Assembly (NCBI GenBank): GCA_028716485.1
Contig: JAQUPS010000007.1
Coordinates: 1-63,343, forward strand
DNA: 63,343 nucleotides
Direction of reading: 5' to 3'
DNA from: Patescibacteria group bacterium
GTDB taxonomy: Bacteria > Patescibacteriota > Patescibacteriia > Patescibacteriales > WJLG01
Below the pieces are notes generated by a model. It did not search any database, was not told the origin of the DNA, and was given only the letters and a program-made list of their open reading frames with translations. Numbering within the stretch: position 1 is the stretch's first letter; each line of letters opens with the position of its first letter. Below are positions 34,411-45,000 of this stretch, in pieces. The position numbers were made by a program, and so were the translations under genes.

Positions 34411-34439
34411 ATGATAACTTATTATCAAAAAATAGTCAA
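34411..34439 (-). promoter_or_regulatory. Candidate internal promoter TTGACT-17-TATCAT between rpsJ and rplC
   Basis: On the minus strand, TTGACT is at 34434-34439 and TATCAT at 34411-34416. Confidence 0.35.
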
Positions 34440-34575
34440 TATTCAATTTTGTGCTAATGTTTGTTGAATTTTTCCTTTCTTTTTGTTCTTCGCCAATTTT
34501 CTAAACACTTTCCGCGAGAGGAGTTGTTTAAATAATTACCAAGAACTTAATTCAAATGTTCTGCTCATGATCAGC

Positions 34576-34938
34576 TTACACCATTTTTATTTCCACATCC
34601 ACGCCAGCGGGAAGATTCAGATTGGTCAAATCCTCGACGGTTTTGGCCGTCGGTTCGACAATATCGATTAATCTCTTGTGCACTCTCATTTCATACTGGT
34701 CTCTAGCGTCTTTATTCACGAAAGTCGAGCGATTGACGGTATATTTGATTTTCTCGGTCGGCAAAGGAATAGGTCCGAAAATCTTAGCGTTGCTTTTTTC
34801 CACGGTATCAATGATAGTCTTGGTGGACTTGTCGATTATTTTGTGATCGAACGCCTTGATCTTGATGCGGATTTTCTGCTTGACTTCCTGTTCCGCTTCC
34901 ACGGCTTTCTTCACTTTTTTTTCTTTAGTTTCTGACAT
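34576..34938 (-). CDS. rpsJ: 30S ribosomal protein S10
   Basis: Contains [24 protein letters not shown] and [14 protein letters not shown] at 34936-34938. Confidence 0.95.
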   Translation of the reverse strand: MSETKEKKVKKAVEAEQEVKQKIRIKIKAFDHKIIDKSTKTIIDTVEKSNAKIFGPIPLPTEKIKYTVNRSTFVNKDARDQYEMRVHKRLIDIVEPTAKTVEDLTNLNLPAGVDVEIKMV

Positions 34939-34941
34939 TTT

Positions 34942-35014
34942 AGCATGAGAGCATGGAAACATGAGAGCATGGAAACATATTCAATGTTCCAATGCTCCTC
35001 TGCTCAACTGCTCC
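34942..35014. repeat. Hairpin (CATGAGAG/CATGGAAA 8-mer units)
   Basis: agcatgagagcatggaaacatgagagcatggaaacat faces aatgttccaatgctcctctgctcaactgctcc. Confidence 0.7.
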
Positions 35015-35078
35015 GCTTAGTAATATAAACGAACTTTACTTCCCCCTCAATAATTTATCGAGGGGGATAAAAATTCAC

Positions 35079-36266
35079 TTACTTAATGATTTTGGAGACG
35101 TTGCCCGCGCCCACGGTTTTGCCGCCTTCACGGATGGCGAATTTAGATTTTTCTTCCAAAGCCACCGGAGAAATCAGCTTAATTTTCAAGCTGGCGGTAT
35201 CGCCCGGCATAATCATTTCCGTTCCGGCAGCCAATTCGACTTCGCCGGTCACGTCCGTGGTTCTGATGTAAAATTGCGGTTTATAGCCCTTGAAGAAAGG
35301 CTTGTGGCGTCCGCCTTCTTCCTTGGTCAAGACATAGATTTCGGCTTCAAATTCAGTGTGCGGAGTGATCGAACCCGGCTTGGCCAAAACCATGCCGCGC
35401 TCAACCTCTTCTTTCTTGGTGCCGCGCAAAAGAATGCCGGCATTATCTCCGGCCCGGCCTTCGTCCAACGACTTGTTGAACATTTCGATGCCAGTAACCA
35501 CCGTCTTCTGAGTTTCGCCCAAACCGACGATTTCCACGTCCTCATTGATATGAATCACGCCTCGCTCGATTCTGCCGGTCACGACCGTGCCGCGGCCTTC
35601 AATCGAAAAAATGTCTTCAATCGGCATCAGGAACGGCTTGTCCACGTCTCTTTTCGGTTCCGGAATATAAGTATCCAGTGTCTTTATCAATTCCATTACT
35701 TTGTCTCCCCATTCGCCGGTCGGATTTTCCAAAGCTTTCAAAGCCGAACCGCGGATGATCGGAGTGGTGTCGCCCGGGAATTCATATTGTTTCAAGAGAT
35801 CGCGGACTTCTTCCTCGACCAAATCGATCAATTCTTTGTCTTCCACCATGTCGCACTTGTTCAAGAAAACGACAATGTAAGGAACGCCGACCTGGCGGGC
35901 CAAAAGGATATGCTCTCTGGTTTGCGGCATCGGACCATCGGTCGCGGCCACCACCAAAATCGCGCCATCCATCTGAGCGGCGCCGGTGATCATGTTCTTC
36001 ACATAATCGGCGTGGCCGGGACAATCGACGTGCGCGTAGTGCCTCACTTCTGATTCATACTCGACGTGAGCCGTGTTAATGGTGATACCGCGGGCTTTTT
36101 CTTCCGGAGCCGAGTCGATCTGATCGACGGTTTTATGCGAAGTGGTAAAACCCTTCGCCGTCAAGACCGCGAGGATCGCCGCGGTTAAAGTTGTCTTGCC
36201 GTGGTCGACGTGGCCGATAGTGCCGACGTTGACATGCGGCTTTTTGCGTTCAAATTTTTCCGCCAT
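35079..36266 (-). CDS. tuf: Elongation factor Tu
   Basis: Contains [21 protein letters not shown] and NKCD. Confidence 0.99.
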   Translation of the reverse strand: MAEKFERKKPHVNVGTIGHVDHGKTTLTAAILAVLTAKGFTTSHKTVDQIDSAPEEKARGITINTAHVEYESEVRHYAHVDCPGHADYVKNMITGAAQMDGAILVVAATDGPMPQTREHILLARQVGVPYIVVFLNKCDMVEDKELIDLVEEEVRDLLKQYEFPGDTTPIIRGSALKALENPTGEWGDKVMELIKTLDTYIPEPKRDVDKPFLMPIEDIFSIEGRGTVVTGRIERGVIHINEDVEIVGLGETQKTVVTGIEMFNKSLDEGRAGDNAGILLRGTKKEEVERGMVLAKPGSITPHTEFEAEIYVLTKEEGGRHKPFFKGYKPQFYIRTTDVTGEVELAAGTEMIMPGDTASLKIKLISPVALEEKSKFAIREGGKTVGAGNVSKIIK

Positions 36267-36375
36267 GTTTTTGATTACACGACCCTTGAAAAGCTTATTG
36301 CCTCCAAGGTTTTCCCCGTTAAGGGACCAGCCGTTGTGGTTATAAATTTATTAATTATTATTTTAAACTTCTTGT

Positions 36376-37047
36376 TTAGAATCTAACATCTGCCGCGGAT
36401 TTTTTTACTTCTTCCGGAATTTCCCAATGCTTGCGATTTTTCAATTCATCCTTAATGCTGGTGAAGCCAGTTTCTTCGTGAGCGACTTCGGATTTATCCG
36501 GCTTGCCCTCCGCAGCTTCAGCGAAGGAGGGTTCATGATAATAGTAGACGTTTTGATCTTCATCGGCTTTCGGTTCAACTGGCGCAACGGCGGCTGGCTC
36601 GTCTATCATCTCATCATCTTCTTCGTCAGGAATTATATTTCCTTCCGCCTTCGCTAAAGCTTCGGCGGACACGTCCGCGTCAAAATGCGGCGGGACAAAA
36701 TTAGGAAAAATTCCATCTTCATCCGCCGAAGCTTCGTCAAGCGAAGCAAAGGCAGAATCTTCTTCATCATCATCAAAATCATCATCCGACTCCGCCATTT
36801 CTTCAAAAAATTTCTTCTCCGAATTGGCGTCTTTCCAAGAAACAATGTCGTGATTTATCTTATCAAGCAACTCCTCTTCTGTCAAGTTTTTAATGCCATT
36901 TCTACCCTTATTTTGGCCGTTTAACAGCTTTTCATAATCATCAAGATTCATCACCACCGAACTGCGGTCGTTCAATTCATCAATGACTATTATCTTATCA
37001 CCGGTCATTTTGGCTATATCGATTGCACGTTCTAATTGGCTTCTCAT
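36376..37047 (-). CDS. Hypothetical highly acidic protein
   Basis: 223 aa with a short structured N-terminus (IIVIDELNDRSSVVMNLDDYEKLL) followed by long D/E-rich low-complexity sequence. Lies between fusA and tuf. Confidence 0.65.
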   Translation of the reverse strand: MRSQLERAIDIAKMTGDKIIVIDELNDRSSVVMNLDDYEKLLNGQNKGRNGIKNLTEEELLDKINHDIVSWKDANSEKKFFEEMAESDDDFDDDEEDSAFASLDEASADEDGIFPNFVPPHFDADVSAEALAKAEGNIIPDEEDDEMIDEPAAVAPVEPKADEDQNVYYYHEPSFAEAAEGKPDKSEVAHEETGFTSIKDELKNRKHWEIPEEVKKSAADVRF

Positions 37048-37120
37048 ACTTATTCGTTAATTTTATGCTTAATGTTGTATGATTATTTTAAACTAAAAAA
37101 TAATTTGCGTCAACGCACGA

Positions 37121-37203
37121 CAATTGCTACATTGCTAAATTATTACATTGTCAAAATTTTTCTTCGTTGCGTAACAATGTAGCAATGAAACAATGTGACA
37201 ATT
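37121..37203. repeat. Heptamer-arm hairpin (CATTGCT family)
   Basis: caattgctacattgctaaattattacattgtca faces gtaacaatgtagcaatgaaacaatgtgacaatt. Confidence 0.75.
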
Positions 37204-37209
37204 TACAAA

Positions 37210-39297
37210 CTATTTGCTCGTCCCGCTCTTCCCTTCCTTAATCTTTTCCAAAACATTGCGCGGGACTTCTTTATATTCGAAGAATTCCATGGTGGAGGTG
37301 GCGCGGCCCTGGGACATCGAGCGCAATTCCGTGACATAGCCGAACATTTCCGCCAGCGGAACTTTAGCATCGATCACCTTGGCATTGCCGCGTTGGGTCA
37401 TCTCATCAATCTGGCCGCGGCGGGAATTCAAATCGCCCACCACATTGCCCATATATTCTTCCGGAGTGACAACTTCGACTTTCATAATCGGCTCAAGCAA
37501 AACCGGATCAGCCTTGCGGCTGGCCTCGCGGAAACCCATAATCGCCGCCATCTTAAAGGCGATTTCCGAAGAGTCGACTTCGTGATAACTGCCGTCGGTA
37601 ACCGCTACTTTGAAATCCACCATCGGATAACCGGCCACGATGCCCTGGTTCAAAGCTTCTTTGACGCCCTTTTCGATCGCCGGAATATATTCGCGCGGAA
37701 TCGATCCGCCTTTGGTTTCGTTCAAGAATTCAAAACCCTTGCCGGTTTCATTCGGTTCCATACGCAGATAGCAATGGCCGTATTGGCCGCGGCCGCCGGA
37801 CTGTTTAATGTATTTTCCTTCAGCTTCCGCTTCTTTGCGGATAGTTTCACGGTAAGAAACCTGTGGCTTGCCGACATTGGCTTCTACGCCGAATTCTCTT
37901 CGCATGCGGTCGACGATAATATCCAAATGCAATTCGCCCATGCCGGAAATCAAAGTCTGGTTGGTTTCTTCGTCGGTCTCGACGCGGAAAGTCGGATCTT
38001 CTTCGGCCAATTTCTGCAAAGCCACGCCCATCTTTTCCTGGTCGACTTTGGTTTTCGGCTCGACGGCAATCTTGATAACCGGTTCGGGGAAGATGATGCT
38101 TTCCAAAAGCACCGGGCGGCGTTCGTCGCAAAGCGTGTTGCCGGTGGTCGTCGCTTTCAAGCCGACCACGGCGGCAATATCGCCGGCGCAGACATCCTTC
38201 GCTTCTTCACGATGATTGGCGTGCATGCGGACGATGCGGCCGATGCGCTCTTTATTTCCAGTGTTAGCATTCAAAACATAAGTGCCGGCTTCCAAAATTC
38301 CCGAATAAACGCGGACAAAACAAAGCTTGCCGACAAAAGGATCGGTCGCAATCTTAAAAGCCAAGCCGACGAACGGTTCGTTGTCAGAAGGTTTAACAGC
38401 AATTTTTTTCTCCAAATCATTAACATCAGTCGCTTCGATTTCTTTCACGTCCAGAGGCGAAGGCAGATAAGCCACCACCGCGTCCAAAGCCAGCTGCACG
38501 CCGATATTCTGCAAGGCTGTGCCGCAAAAAACCGGATAAAGCTGGTTGGCGACTACGCCTTTGCGGATGGCGATTTTCAATTCTTCATTGGTGATCGCCT
38601 CGCCGCCCAGATATTTTTCCATCGTCTTTTCATCGCACTCTACTGCTTTCTCGATCAATTCGGCGCGATATTTTTCCGCCTTGTCTTTCAAGTCAGCCGG
38701 AATTTCCATTTCCACTATTTTCTCGCCAAAATTTCCTTCGAATTTATAGGCTTTCATCGCGATCAAATCAACCACGCCGGAGAAAGTTTCTTCAGCGCCG
38801 ATCGGCAATTGCGCCGCGACCGCTTTGGAATTCAACCGTTTTTGAATCGATCCCAAACTCATATAGAAATCCGCGCCCATCTTATCCATCTTGTTCACGA
38901 AACACAAACGAGGCACGACGTATTTGTCGGCCTGGCGCCAAACGGTTTCTGATTGCGGTTCCACGCCCTGCGAGCCGTCGAACACGGCGATGGCGCCGTC
39001 CAAAACGCGGAGCGAGCGCTCCACTTCGACGGTAAAATCCACGTGCCCGGGAGTATCGATCAAATTTATTTTATGGTCTTTCCAAAAACAAGTCGTGGCC
39101 GCGGAAGTGATGGTGATGCCTCGCTCTTTTTCCTGCTCCATCCAGTCCATTTCCGCCGCGCCCTCGTGCACTTCGCCGATCTTATGTTTCTTACCGGTAT
39201 AAAAAAGCACGCGCTCGGAAAAAGTTGTTTTTCCAGCGTCGATGTGAGCCATTATACCGATATTTCTTACTTTATCCAATGAATAATCTCTGGGCAT
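37210..39297 (-). CDS. fusA: Elongation factor G
   Basis: Contains [17 protein letters not shown] and NKMD; 695 aa. Confidence 0.99.
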   Translation of the reverse strand: MPRDYSLDKVRNIGIMAHIDAGKTTFSERVLFYTGKKHKIGEVHEGAAEMDWMEQEKERGITITSAATTCFWKDHKINLIDTPGHVDFTVEVERSLRVLDGAIAVFDGSQGVEPQSETVWRQADKYVVPRLCFVNKMDKMGADFYMSLGSIQKRLNSKAVAAQLPIGAEETFSGVVDLIAMKAYKFEGNFGEKIVEMEIPADLKDKAEKYRAELIEKAVECDEKTMEKYLGGEAITNEELKIAIRKGVVANQLYPVFCGTALQNIGVQLALDAVVAYLPSPLDVKEIEATDVNDLEKKIAVKPSDNEPFVGLAFKIATDPFVGKLCFVRVYSGILEAGTYVLNANTGNKERIGRIVRMHANHREEAKDVCAGDIAAVVGLKATTTGNTLCDERRPVLLESIIFPEPVIKIAVEPKTKVDQEKMGVALQKLAEEDPTFRVETDEETNQTLISGMGELHLDIIVDRMRREFGVEANVGKPQVSYRETIRKEAEAEGKYIKQSGGRGQYGHCYLRMEPNETGKGFEFLNETKGGSIPREYIPAIEKGVKEALNQGIVAGYPMVDFKVAVTDGSYHEVDSSEIAFKMAAIMGFREASRKADPVLLEPIMKVEVVTPEEYMGNVVGDLNSRRGQIDEMTQRGNAKVIDAKVPLAEMFGYVTELRSMSQGRATSTMEFFEYKEVPRNVLEKIKEGKSGTSK

Positions 39298-39300
39298 ATT

Positions 39301-39415
39301 TGAAAAATTTTATAATTTTTAAATTTTTAAAGAATTTTTAATGTCTAATTTTTAAAAATTTAAAAATTGGGATTTCTTTAAAAATTATAAAATTAAAAAT
39401 TTAAAAATTCTATTC
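39301..39415. repeat. ~110-bp AT-rich palindromic repeat (TTTTTAAATTTTTAAA...AAAAATTGGG...CTTTAAAAATTATAAAATT family), copy 1
   Basis: Shares long blocks with 41664-41772 and 55866-56000. Confidence 0.75.
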
Positions 39416-39420
39416 TTGAT

Positions 39421-39446
39421 AAAATAAAATATCCCCTGCTGGGATA
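39421..39446 (-). terminator. Terminator-like hairpin between rpsG and fusA
   Basis: TATCCC (39430-39435), loop ctgct, GGGATA (39441-39446), followed by TTTTATTTT on the minus strand. Confidence 0.5.
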
Positions 39447-39455
39447 CTTTAAAAA

Positions 39456-39923
39456 TTAGCGCGCGAAATGCGCAAAAGCTTTGTTGGCTTCCGCCATGCG
39501 ATGGACGTCTTCGCGCTTTTTGACGGCCGCGCCCAAACCTTGAGCCGCGTCCAGAATTTCGGCGGCTAATTTTTCGCCCATACCATGAGCTTTGCGGGCA
39601 TCGGCCGCGGCGATCATCCAGCGGCAGCCCAAGATAAAGCGGCGATTGCCGCGAACCTGGGACGGAACCTGGAAGTTGGCGCCGCCGACCCGTTTGCTGC
39701 GGGTTTCCAAAAGCGGAGCGACTTTTTTCATCGCTTTATTGAAAACATGGCGCGGGTCCTGCTTGGTTTCTTTTTTGATTATCTCAAAAGCGCCATAAAC
39801 AATGTTCTGGGCGATGCTTTTTTTGCCGTCTTTCATGATATAGCAGATCAATTTGGCGATGTTGGGATCATTATATTTGGTGTCGCCGTCTTTTTTTCTT
39901 TTGGGAGCCTGTTTTCCTCTCAT
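39456..39923 (-). CDS. rpsG: 30S ribosomal protein S7
   Basis: Contains GKKSIAQNIVYGAF and RVGGANFQVP. Confidence 0.97.
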   Translation of the reverse strand: MRGKQAPKRKKDGDTKYNDPNIAKLICYIMKDGKKSIAQNIVYGAFEIIKKETKQDPRHVFNKAMKKVAPLLETRSKRVGGANFQVPSQVRGNRRFILGCRWMIAAADARKAHGMGEKLAAEILDAAQGLGAAVKKREDVHRMAEANKAFAHFAR

Positions 39924-40008
39924 ATGTAGTATGCAGTATGTAGTATGCAGTATGGCGGTATGTGGTTATGCTTTTTGCATGCCCCATACTACATACTACT
40001 TACTACAT
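39924..40008. repeat. Heptamer-arm hairpin (GTAGTAT/GCAGTAT)
   Basis: atgtagtatgcagtatgtagtatgcagtatgg faces ccccatactacatactacttactacat. Confidence 0.75.
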
Positions 40009-40041
40009 CGTTGAATTTTTATTGAAAAATTATCTTAAAAA

Positions 40042-40461
40042 TTAACTTTTCGGTCTCTTTGCTCCATATCTCGACCGCGATTGTCTTCTATTCTCAACGC
40101 CCTGCGCATCGTACATGCCGCGGATGATCTTGTAGCGCAAACCCGGCAAATCCTTGGTACGGCCGCCTTTGATCAAAACGATCGAGTGTTCCTGTAAATT
40201 ATGGCCGATTCCCGGAATATAAGCGGTAACTTCCATGCCATTCGACAAGCGGACGCGGGCAATCTTGCGCAACGCCGAGTTCGGTTTCTTTGGAGTGGTG
40301 GTGGTAACCTTAACGCACACTCCTTGTTTAAAAGGCGCGCCATGAGCGGAAACAGTCTTCTTGCGGTGCAAAGTATCGTTGGATAAATGCAAAGCGATCG
40401 ACTTCATCTTCTTTCTTTTGCTGTGTCTCCCCTTGCGGACTAATTGATTGATAGTTGGCAT
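40042..40461 (-). CDS. rpsL: 30S ribosomal protein S12
   Basis: Contains [23 protein letters not shown] and [20 protein letters not shown]. Confidence 0.98.
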   Translation of the reverse strand: MPTINQLVRKGRHSKRKKMKSIALHLSNDTLHRKKTVSAHGAPFKQGVCVKVTTTTPKKPNSALRKIARVRLSNGMEVTAYIPGIGHNLQEHSIVLIKGGRTKDLPGLRYKIIRGMYDAQGVENRRQSRSRYGAKRPKS

Positions 40462-40470
40462 ACTTTATTT

Positions 40471-40563
40471 GAATGATAGATGATAAATGATTAATGATGA
40501 GTTAAATTTATGACAAACTGTTAAAACAGCTAATTTATCATTTATCATCAATCATTTATCATT
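40471..40563. repeat. Heptamer-arm hairpin (GATGATA/AATGATT)
   Basis: gaatgatagatgataaatgattaatgatgag faces ctaatttatcatttatcatcaatcatttatcatt, in the rpsL leader. Confidence 0.75.
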
Positions 40564-40613
40564 TTTTTGCGGTATTAAAACAATCCCGACTGATCGGGAT
40601 ATTGGCAATATAT

Positions 40614-40642
40614 AATTTATCAAATACGCGGAAATAAGTCAA
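40614..40642 (-). promoter_or_regulatory. Candidate str-operon promoter TTGACT-17-TAAATT
   Basis: On the minus strand, TTGACT is at 40637-40642 and TAAATT at 40614-40619. It lies downstream of the terminator at 40711-40748 and upstream of rpsL. Confidence 0.5.
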
Positions 40643-40710
40643 GACAAAGAACATAAAAACATAGAGCATAGAACATGGAGCAATTTTTTTGCCATTTTTA
40701 TTGCTAACTA

Positions 40711-40748
40711 TAAATAAAAAGTCGCCAGAATAATTTCGACTGGCGACT
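40711..40748 (-). terminator. Terminator after the Zn-ribbon ORF
   Basis: AGTCGCCAG (40720-40728) pairs with CTGGCGACT (40740-40748). TTTTTATTT follows on the minus strand. Confidence 0.7.
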
Positions 40749-40764
40749 TGGTAAAAATCAGAGA

Positions 40765-41034
40765 TTATGGCGTTTTGACGGCATTTTTCTCGGCAAGGAG
40801 TTTATCCTGTTGCTGCGTGCGAACCTGGGTTAGTGAAAATTTTTCCGGATCATGGAATTTTATCGAACATCTATCGCATTGATAGCCGAAAATCAATTCC
40901 CATTCGTCTCCCGATAGAATATCTAATTTTTCCAGCTCCCCCGCAATCAGCCCGTCAAGCTCCCTGGTTATCGAGCTATAAGATGAATGGCCGCAAAACC
41001 GACAGCAAAAATCTTTCTTTACCGGCTTACTCAT
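40765..41034 (-). CDS. Hypothetical zinc-ribbon protein
   Basis: 89 aa with CCRFCGH ... CDRCSIKF. Followed by a strong terminator hairpin. Confidence 0.6.
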   Translation of the reverse strand: MSKPVKKDFCCRFCGHSSYSSITRELDGLIAGELEKLDILSGDEWELIFGYQCDRCSIKFHDPEKFSLTQVRTQQQDKLLAEKNAVKTP

Positions 41035-41066
41035 TTTTTCCTCCCGGTTGAATGAATGTGTAAAAG

Positions 41067-41663
41067 CTATCCGACAATTAATTTATACAAAAATTGTTCA
41101 GCGATCAGGATGACGGGGAAGGCGATCAGCACAAAAAGCAAAGCGATTATAGTTCCCATTGTTTCGGTGCGCAGATAAAATTCCTGAATCGGACGGGGCA
41201 GGAAGGGAAAAATAACCCGCGAACCGTCCAGCTGCGGGATGGGCAGAATATTGAAAATAAATAAAATCAGATTGATTTCGACGATAACACTCAAAAGCTG
41301 AATTAACAAACCATTGCTGATCGGCACGAAGCGGACGAAGAGGCCAAAAAAAATCGCCAGCGCCAGATTGGAGAGCGGACCGGCCAGCGCGACTTTGACC
41401 ATGTCATATTTCGGATGGCGGAGATAATTAGGATTAATCGGCACCGGTTTGGCGTAGCCGAAAATAAAACCGGTGGTGAAATACAAAACCACCGGTAAAA
41501 CCACCGAGCCCCACAAATCCAAATGCGCCAGCGGATTCAAAGTGAGCCGGCCGGCATTCTTAGCCGTCGGATCGCCCAATTCATTGGCCATCCAGCCGTG
41601 CATATACTCGTGGACGATGGCCGAAAAAATCAGGACGACAATTATAAAGATTGGCAAGATCAT
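41067..41663 (-). CDS. Site-2 protease family (M50) zinc metalloprotease, small form
   Basis: Contains HEYMHGWMA (HExxH); multi-pass membrane protein. Confidence 0.85.
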   Translation of the reverse strand: MILPIFIIVVLIFSAIVHEYMHGWMANELGDPTAKNAGRLTLNPLAHLDLWGSVVLPVVLYFTTGFIFGYAKPVPINPNYLRHPKYDMVKVALAGPLSNLALAIFFGLFVRFVPISNGLLIQLLSVIVEINLILFIFNILPIPQLDGSRVIFPFLPRPIQEFYLRTETMGTIIALLFVLIAFPVILIAEQFLYKLIVG

Positions 41664-41772
41664 AAATTTTTAATTTTGTAATTTTTAAATTTTTAAATAA
41701 ATCCTAATTTTTAATTTTTAAAAATTGGGTATTAAAAATTCTTTAAAAATTATAAAATTTAAAAATTCTATT
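41664..41772. repeat. ~110-bp AT-rich palindromic repeat, copy 2
   Basis: A 34-nt block aaatttttaattttgtaatttttaaatttttaaa is identical to 55867-55900. Confidence 0.8.
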
Positions 41773-41962
41773 TTCTCTTAGCCGAAGCCTTGGCCGGCTT
41801 TTTGGAAGTCTTTAAGCAGCGGGCGCAAAGTTTCACTTTTTTGCCGCCGATAGTCGCCGCTTGCAGATTCATGTATTGTCTTTTAAGAGTTTGACGGTTG
41901 GAATGGGAACGCTTCGCTCCGCGAGTCGGACCCTGGCCGCAAATATCACAGCGTTTGGACAT
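41768..41962 (-). CDS. rpmB: 50S ribosomal protein L28 (Cys4 form)
   Basis: Contains MSKRCDICGQGPTRGAKRSHSNRQTLKR and LCARC. ATG at 41960-41962. The track start at 42001 runs into a repeat arm. Confidence 0.9.
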   Translation of the reverse strand: MSKRCDICGQGPTRGAKRSHSNRQTLKRQYMNLQAATIGGKKVKLCARCLKTSKKPAKASAKRK

Positions 41963-41970
41963 AAATATTT

Positions 41971-42067
41971 CATGTAACATGTAGCAAATAACATGTAACA
42001 TTTTAAATTAATTTATTATACTTTATTGCATGTTACATGATACCTGTTACATGCTTCATACTACCTG
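41971..42067. repeat. Heptamer-arm hairpin (GTAACAT family)
   Basis: catgtaacatgtagcaaataacatgtaacat faces gcatgttacatgatacctgttacatgcttcatactacctg. Confidence 0.75.
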
Positions 42068-42069
42068 AA

Positions 42070-45000
42070 TTAGTATTTCGCTCTCTTCTTTCTTCCTTTA
42101 TAGCCTGTGCCGGCGGGAATGAGACAGCCGATGATGACGTTTTCTTTCAAACCTTCCAGATAATCGATCTTGCCGGACAAGGCGGCGTCAATAAGCACGC
42201 GGGCGGTTTCCTGAAAGGAAGCGGAAGACAAGAAACTTTCGGTCGTCAGCGAAGCTTTGGTGATGCCGGAAAGCAGGCGCTCGGCCTTGATCGACTTGCG
42301 CACATCCTCATCCAAGCGGGCAATCACGCTTTCTTCGACCACTTCGCCGGGCAATAAATCGGATTTGCCGGCCTCGGTGATCAAGAAGCGGGAGAACATC
42401 TGGTGGGCGATTATTTCCACGTGCTTGTCGTTCAACGGCTGGCCTTGCGAAGAATAGACATACTGAATTTCCTTGATGATATATTTCTGCACAGCCAAGC
42501 GTCCTTGCAAGCGGAAAAGCTGATCCAAATCAAGCGAGCCGTCGGTCAATTGCTGGCCGCGCTTAACTTCGTCGCCGTCTTTTATCAGCAAAGTCGTGCC
42601 TTTGGGAATGATCATTTCTTCGACTTTTTCGGTTTCTCTCACCACTTTGATATGTTTGGGGGTAATTATCACTTTGCCCGATTCGCGGGCAGTGATAGTT
42701 TTTTTGCCAAGGCTGTAAAGCGGGTCGCCGGCTTTCACTTCGTCCCCTTCTTTCACTAAAATTTTCATCGCGTCTTTTTCTTCCGCGCCTTCGTCGTTGG
42801 CGGCGGCCAAACGGTATTTTTCTGTAACGTCGCCTTTATAATAAATCTTCAAAATCTTGACGCGGGCGTTGGAGACCAGCATTTCTTTGCCGTTTTCATC
42901 CTTGATTGTTTTCTGTTCAGCTTCGATCTTCACTTTGCCGTCGACGTCGGAAATGATGGCTTTCTTTTTCGGAGTGCGGTTCTCGAAAATTTCTTCGACT
43001 CTCGGCAAGCCTTGGGTGATATCGCTGCCGCCGGCCACGCCTCCGGTATGGAAGGTTCTCATGGTAAGCTGAGTGCCCGGTTCGCCGATGCTTTGCGCGG
43101 CGATAACGCCGACCGGCACGCCGACTTCCACGGTCTTGTTTCTCGCCAAATCGAAACCATAGCAATGCGCGCAGATTCCTCTGGGCAAACGGCAGGACAA
43201 AACAGTGCGGATGCAGGCTTCCTCGATTTCCTTGTCTTTGATTTCTTCAATAATATCTTCAGTTAGCAGTTCGCCTTTTTTCAAAATTACTTTGCCGTTC
43301 TTGTCTTTCAAATCTTTGGCCAGATAACGGCCGCCGATTCTCTTGATTAATGACTCGCCCATTTCCTCGCTTTCTTTTTTGGTAATGACAATGCCTTCGG
43401 CATCGCCGCAATCTTCTTCGGAAACGATGACATCCTGCGCCACATCGACCAGACGGCGGGTCAGATAACCGGCGTTGGCGGTGCGCAAAGCGGTATCGGA
43501 CAAACCTTTGCGGACGCCGTGCGTGGAGATGAAATATTCCAAAACATCAAAACCTTTTTTGAAATTTCCTTTGACCGGCAATTCGATAATTCCGCCGGAA
43601 GGCGAAGTTACCAGGCCTTTCATGCCGAGAATCTGCGTCAGCTGGGCCCAGGAACCGCGGGCGCCGGAATCGATCATCGAGTAAACCGAGCTGGACGGCG
43701 GCAATTGTTTTTTGCAGACATCCATAATATCTTCTTTCACATCGCTCCAAAGTTCGATGGTCTTGCTGGAACGTTCCGAATCGGTGAGCAAGCCTTCTTC
43801 GTATTGCGATTTAATCTCGTCGACTTTGATATCCGCGCCGGCGATCAATTTATCCACATCGGCAAAATGCGGCAAGTCGCCCATACCGAAAGACAAGCCG
43901 GATTTGGTGATTAATTCAAAGGCGCGGTTCTTCAAATTGTCGACGAACTTCACGGTTTCTTCTTCGCCGTAATAGCGCAAGCAATCCTTGACGACTTGTT
44001 TCAAATCGCCTTTCTTGATGACCTTGTTCATGAAGCGCAATTTTTCCGGCAGAACTTCGTTGAAAAGAATGCGACCGACAGTCGTGATAAGCATCTCGCC
44101 GTTTATTTTCACTTTGATAAAATCCTGCAATTTGATCTGGCCGTATTCGTTGGCGGTCTTGGCTTCATTTTCGTTGTAAAAATAAAGCAATTTTTTGCCG
44201 GCCTGATCTTCCAGCTTTTCCGCGGTGTTCGTAATATAATAAGCGCCCCAGACAATATCCTGATTAGGCGTGACGATCGGATCGCCGGTCGCCGGCTTGA
44301 GTAAATTATGCGAAGCCAGCATCAAATCACGGGCTTCAGCTTTGGCTTCTTCGGTCAACGGCACGTGGACGGCCATCTGGTCGCCATCGAAATCGGCGTT
44401 AAAAGCGGTACAAACCAAAGGATGGATTTGAATAGCTTTACCTTCAATTAATATTGGCTTAAAAGCCTGGATGCCGAGGCGATGCAAAGTCGGAGCGCGG
44501 TTCAAAAGCACGTAAGATTTCTTGACGATGTCTTCCAAAATATCCCAGACTTCATCCGGGCCGGCGTCGATATGTCTTGAAGCGGATCTGACATTGTGCA
44601 CAATTTCGCGTTCGATTAATTTAGAAATAATAAAAGGTTTGAATAATTCCAAAGCCATGCGCTTGGGCAAGCCGCACTGATCCAGATTTAATTTCGGATT
44701 GACGACGATAACCGAGCGGCCGGAATAATCCGTACGCTTGCCGAGCAAATTCTGGCGGAAGCGGCCCTGCTTGCCTTTCAAAGAATCGGCCAAAGATTTC
44801 AGCTGGCGTTTCTGGCCGGTGGAAGCGATGGTGGTCTTGGAAGCTCTCGCAGAATTATCAATTAAAGCATCGACGGCTTCCTGCAACATTCTTTTTTCAT
44901 TGCGGCAGATGACTTCCGGCGCGGCCAGTTCGATCAATTGCTTCAAGCGGTTATTGCGGTTGATGACGCGGCGGTATAAATCATTCAAATCCGAAGTGGC

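Noticed and set aside
35041-35067. 8-bp hairpin TCCCCCTC-N11-GAGGGGGA right after the tuf stop, as an intrinsic terminator.
   Set aside because: No T-run follows on the coding strand. It is more likely a stability or processing hairpin and is not called as a terminator.
34992-38952. Long plus-strand ORFs opposite tuf (34992-36053) and fusA (37195-38952), with similar ones opposite ileS (57330-57923, 59121-59870), rpoB (47271-48026) and other genes.
   Set aside because: They are antisense shadows of highly conserved minus-strand genes. Their translations are low-complexity (R/F/H/A-rich) with no recognisable motifs.
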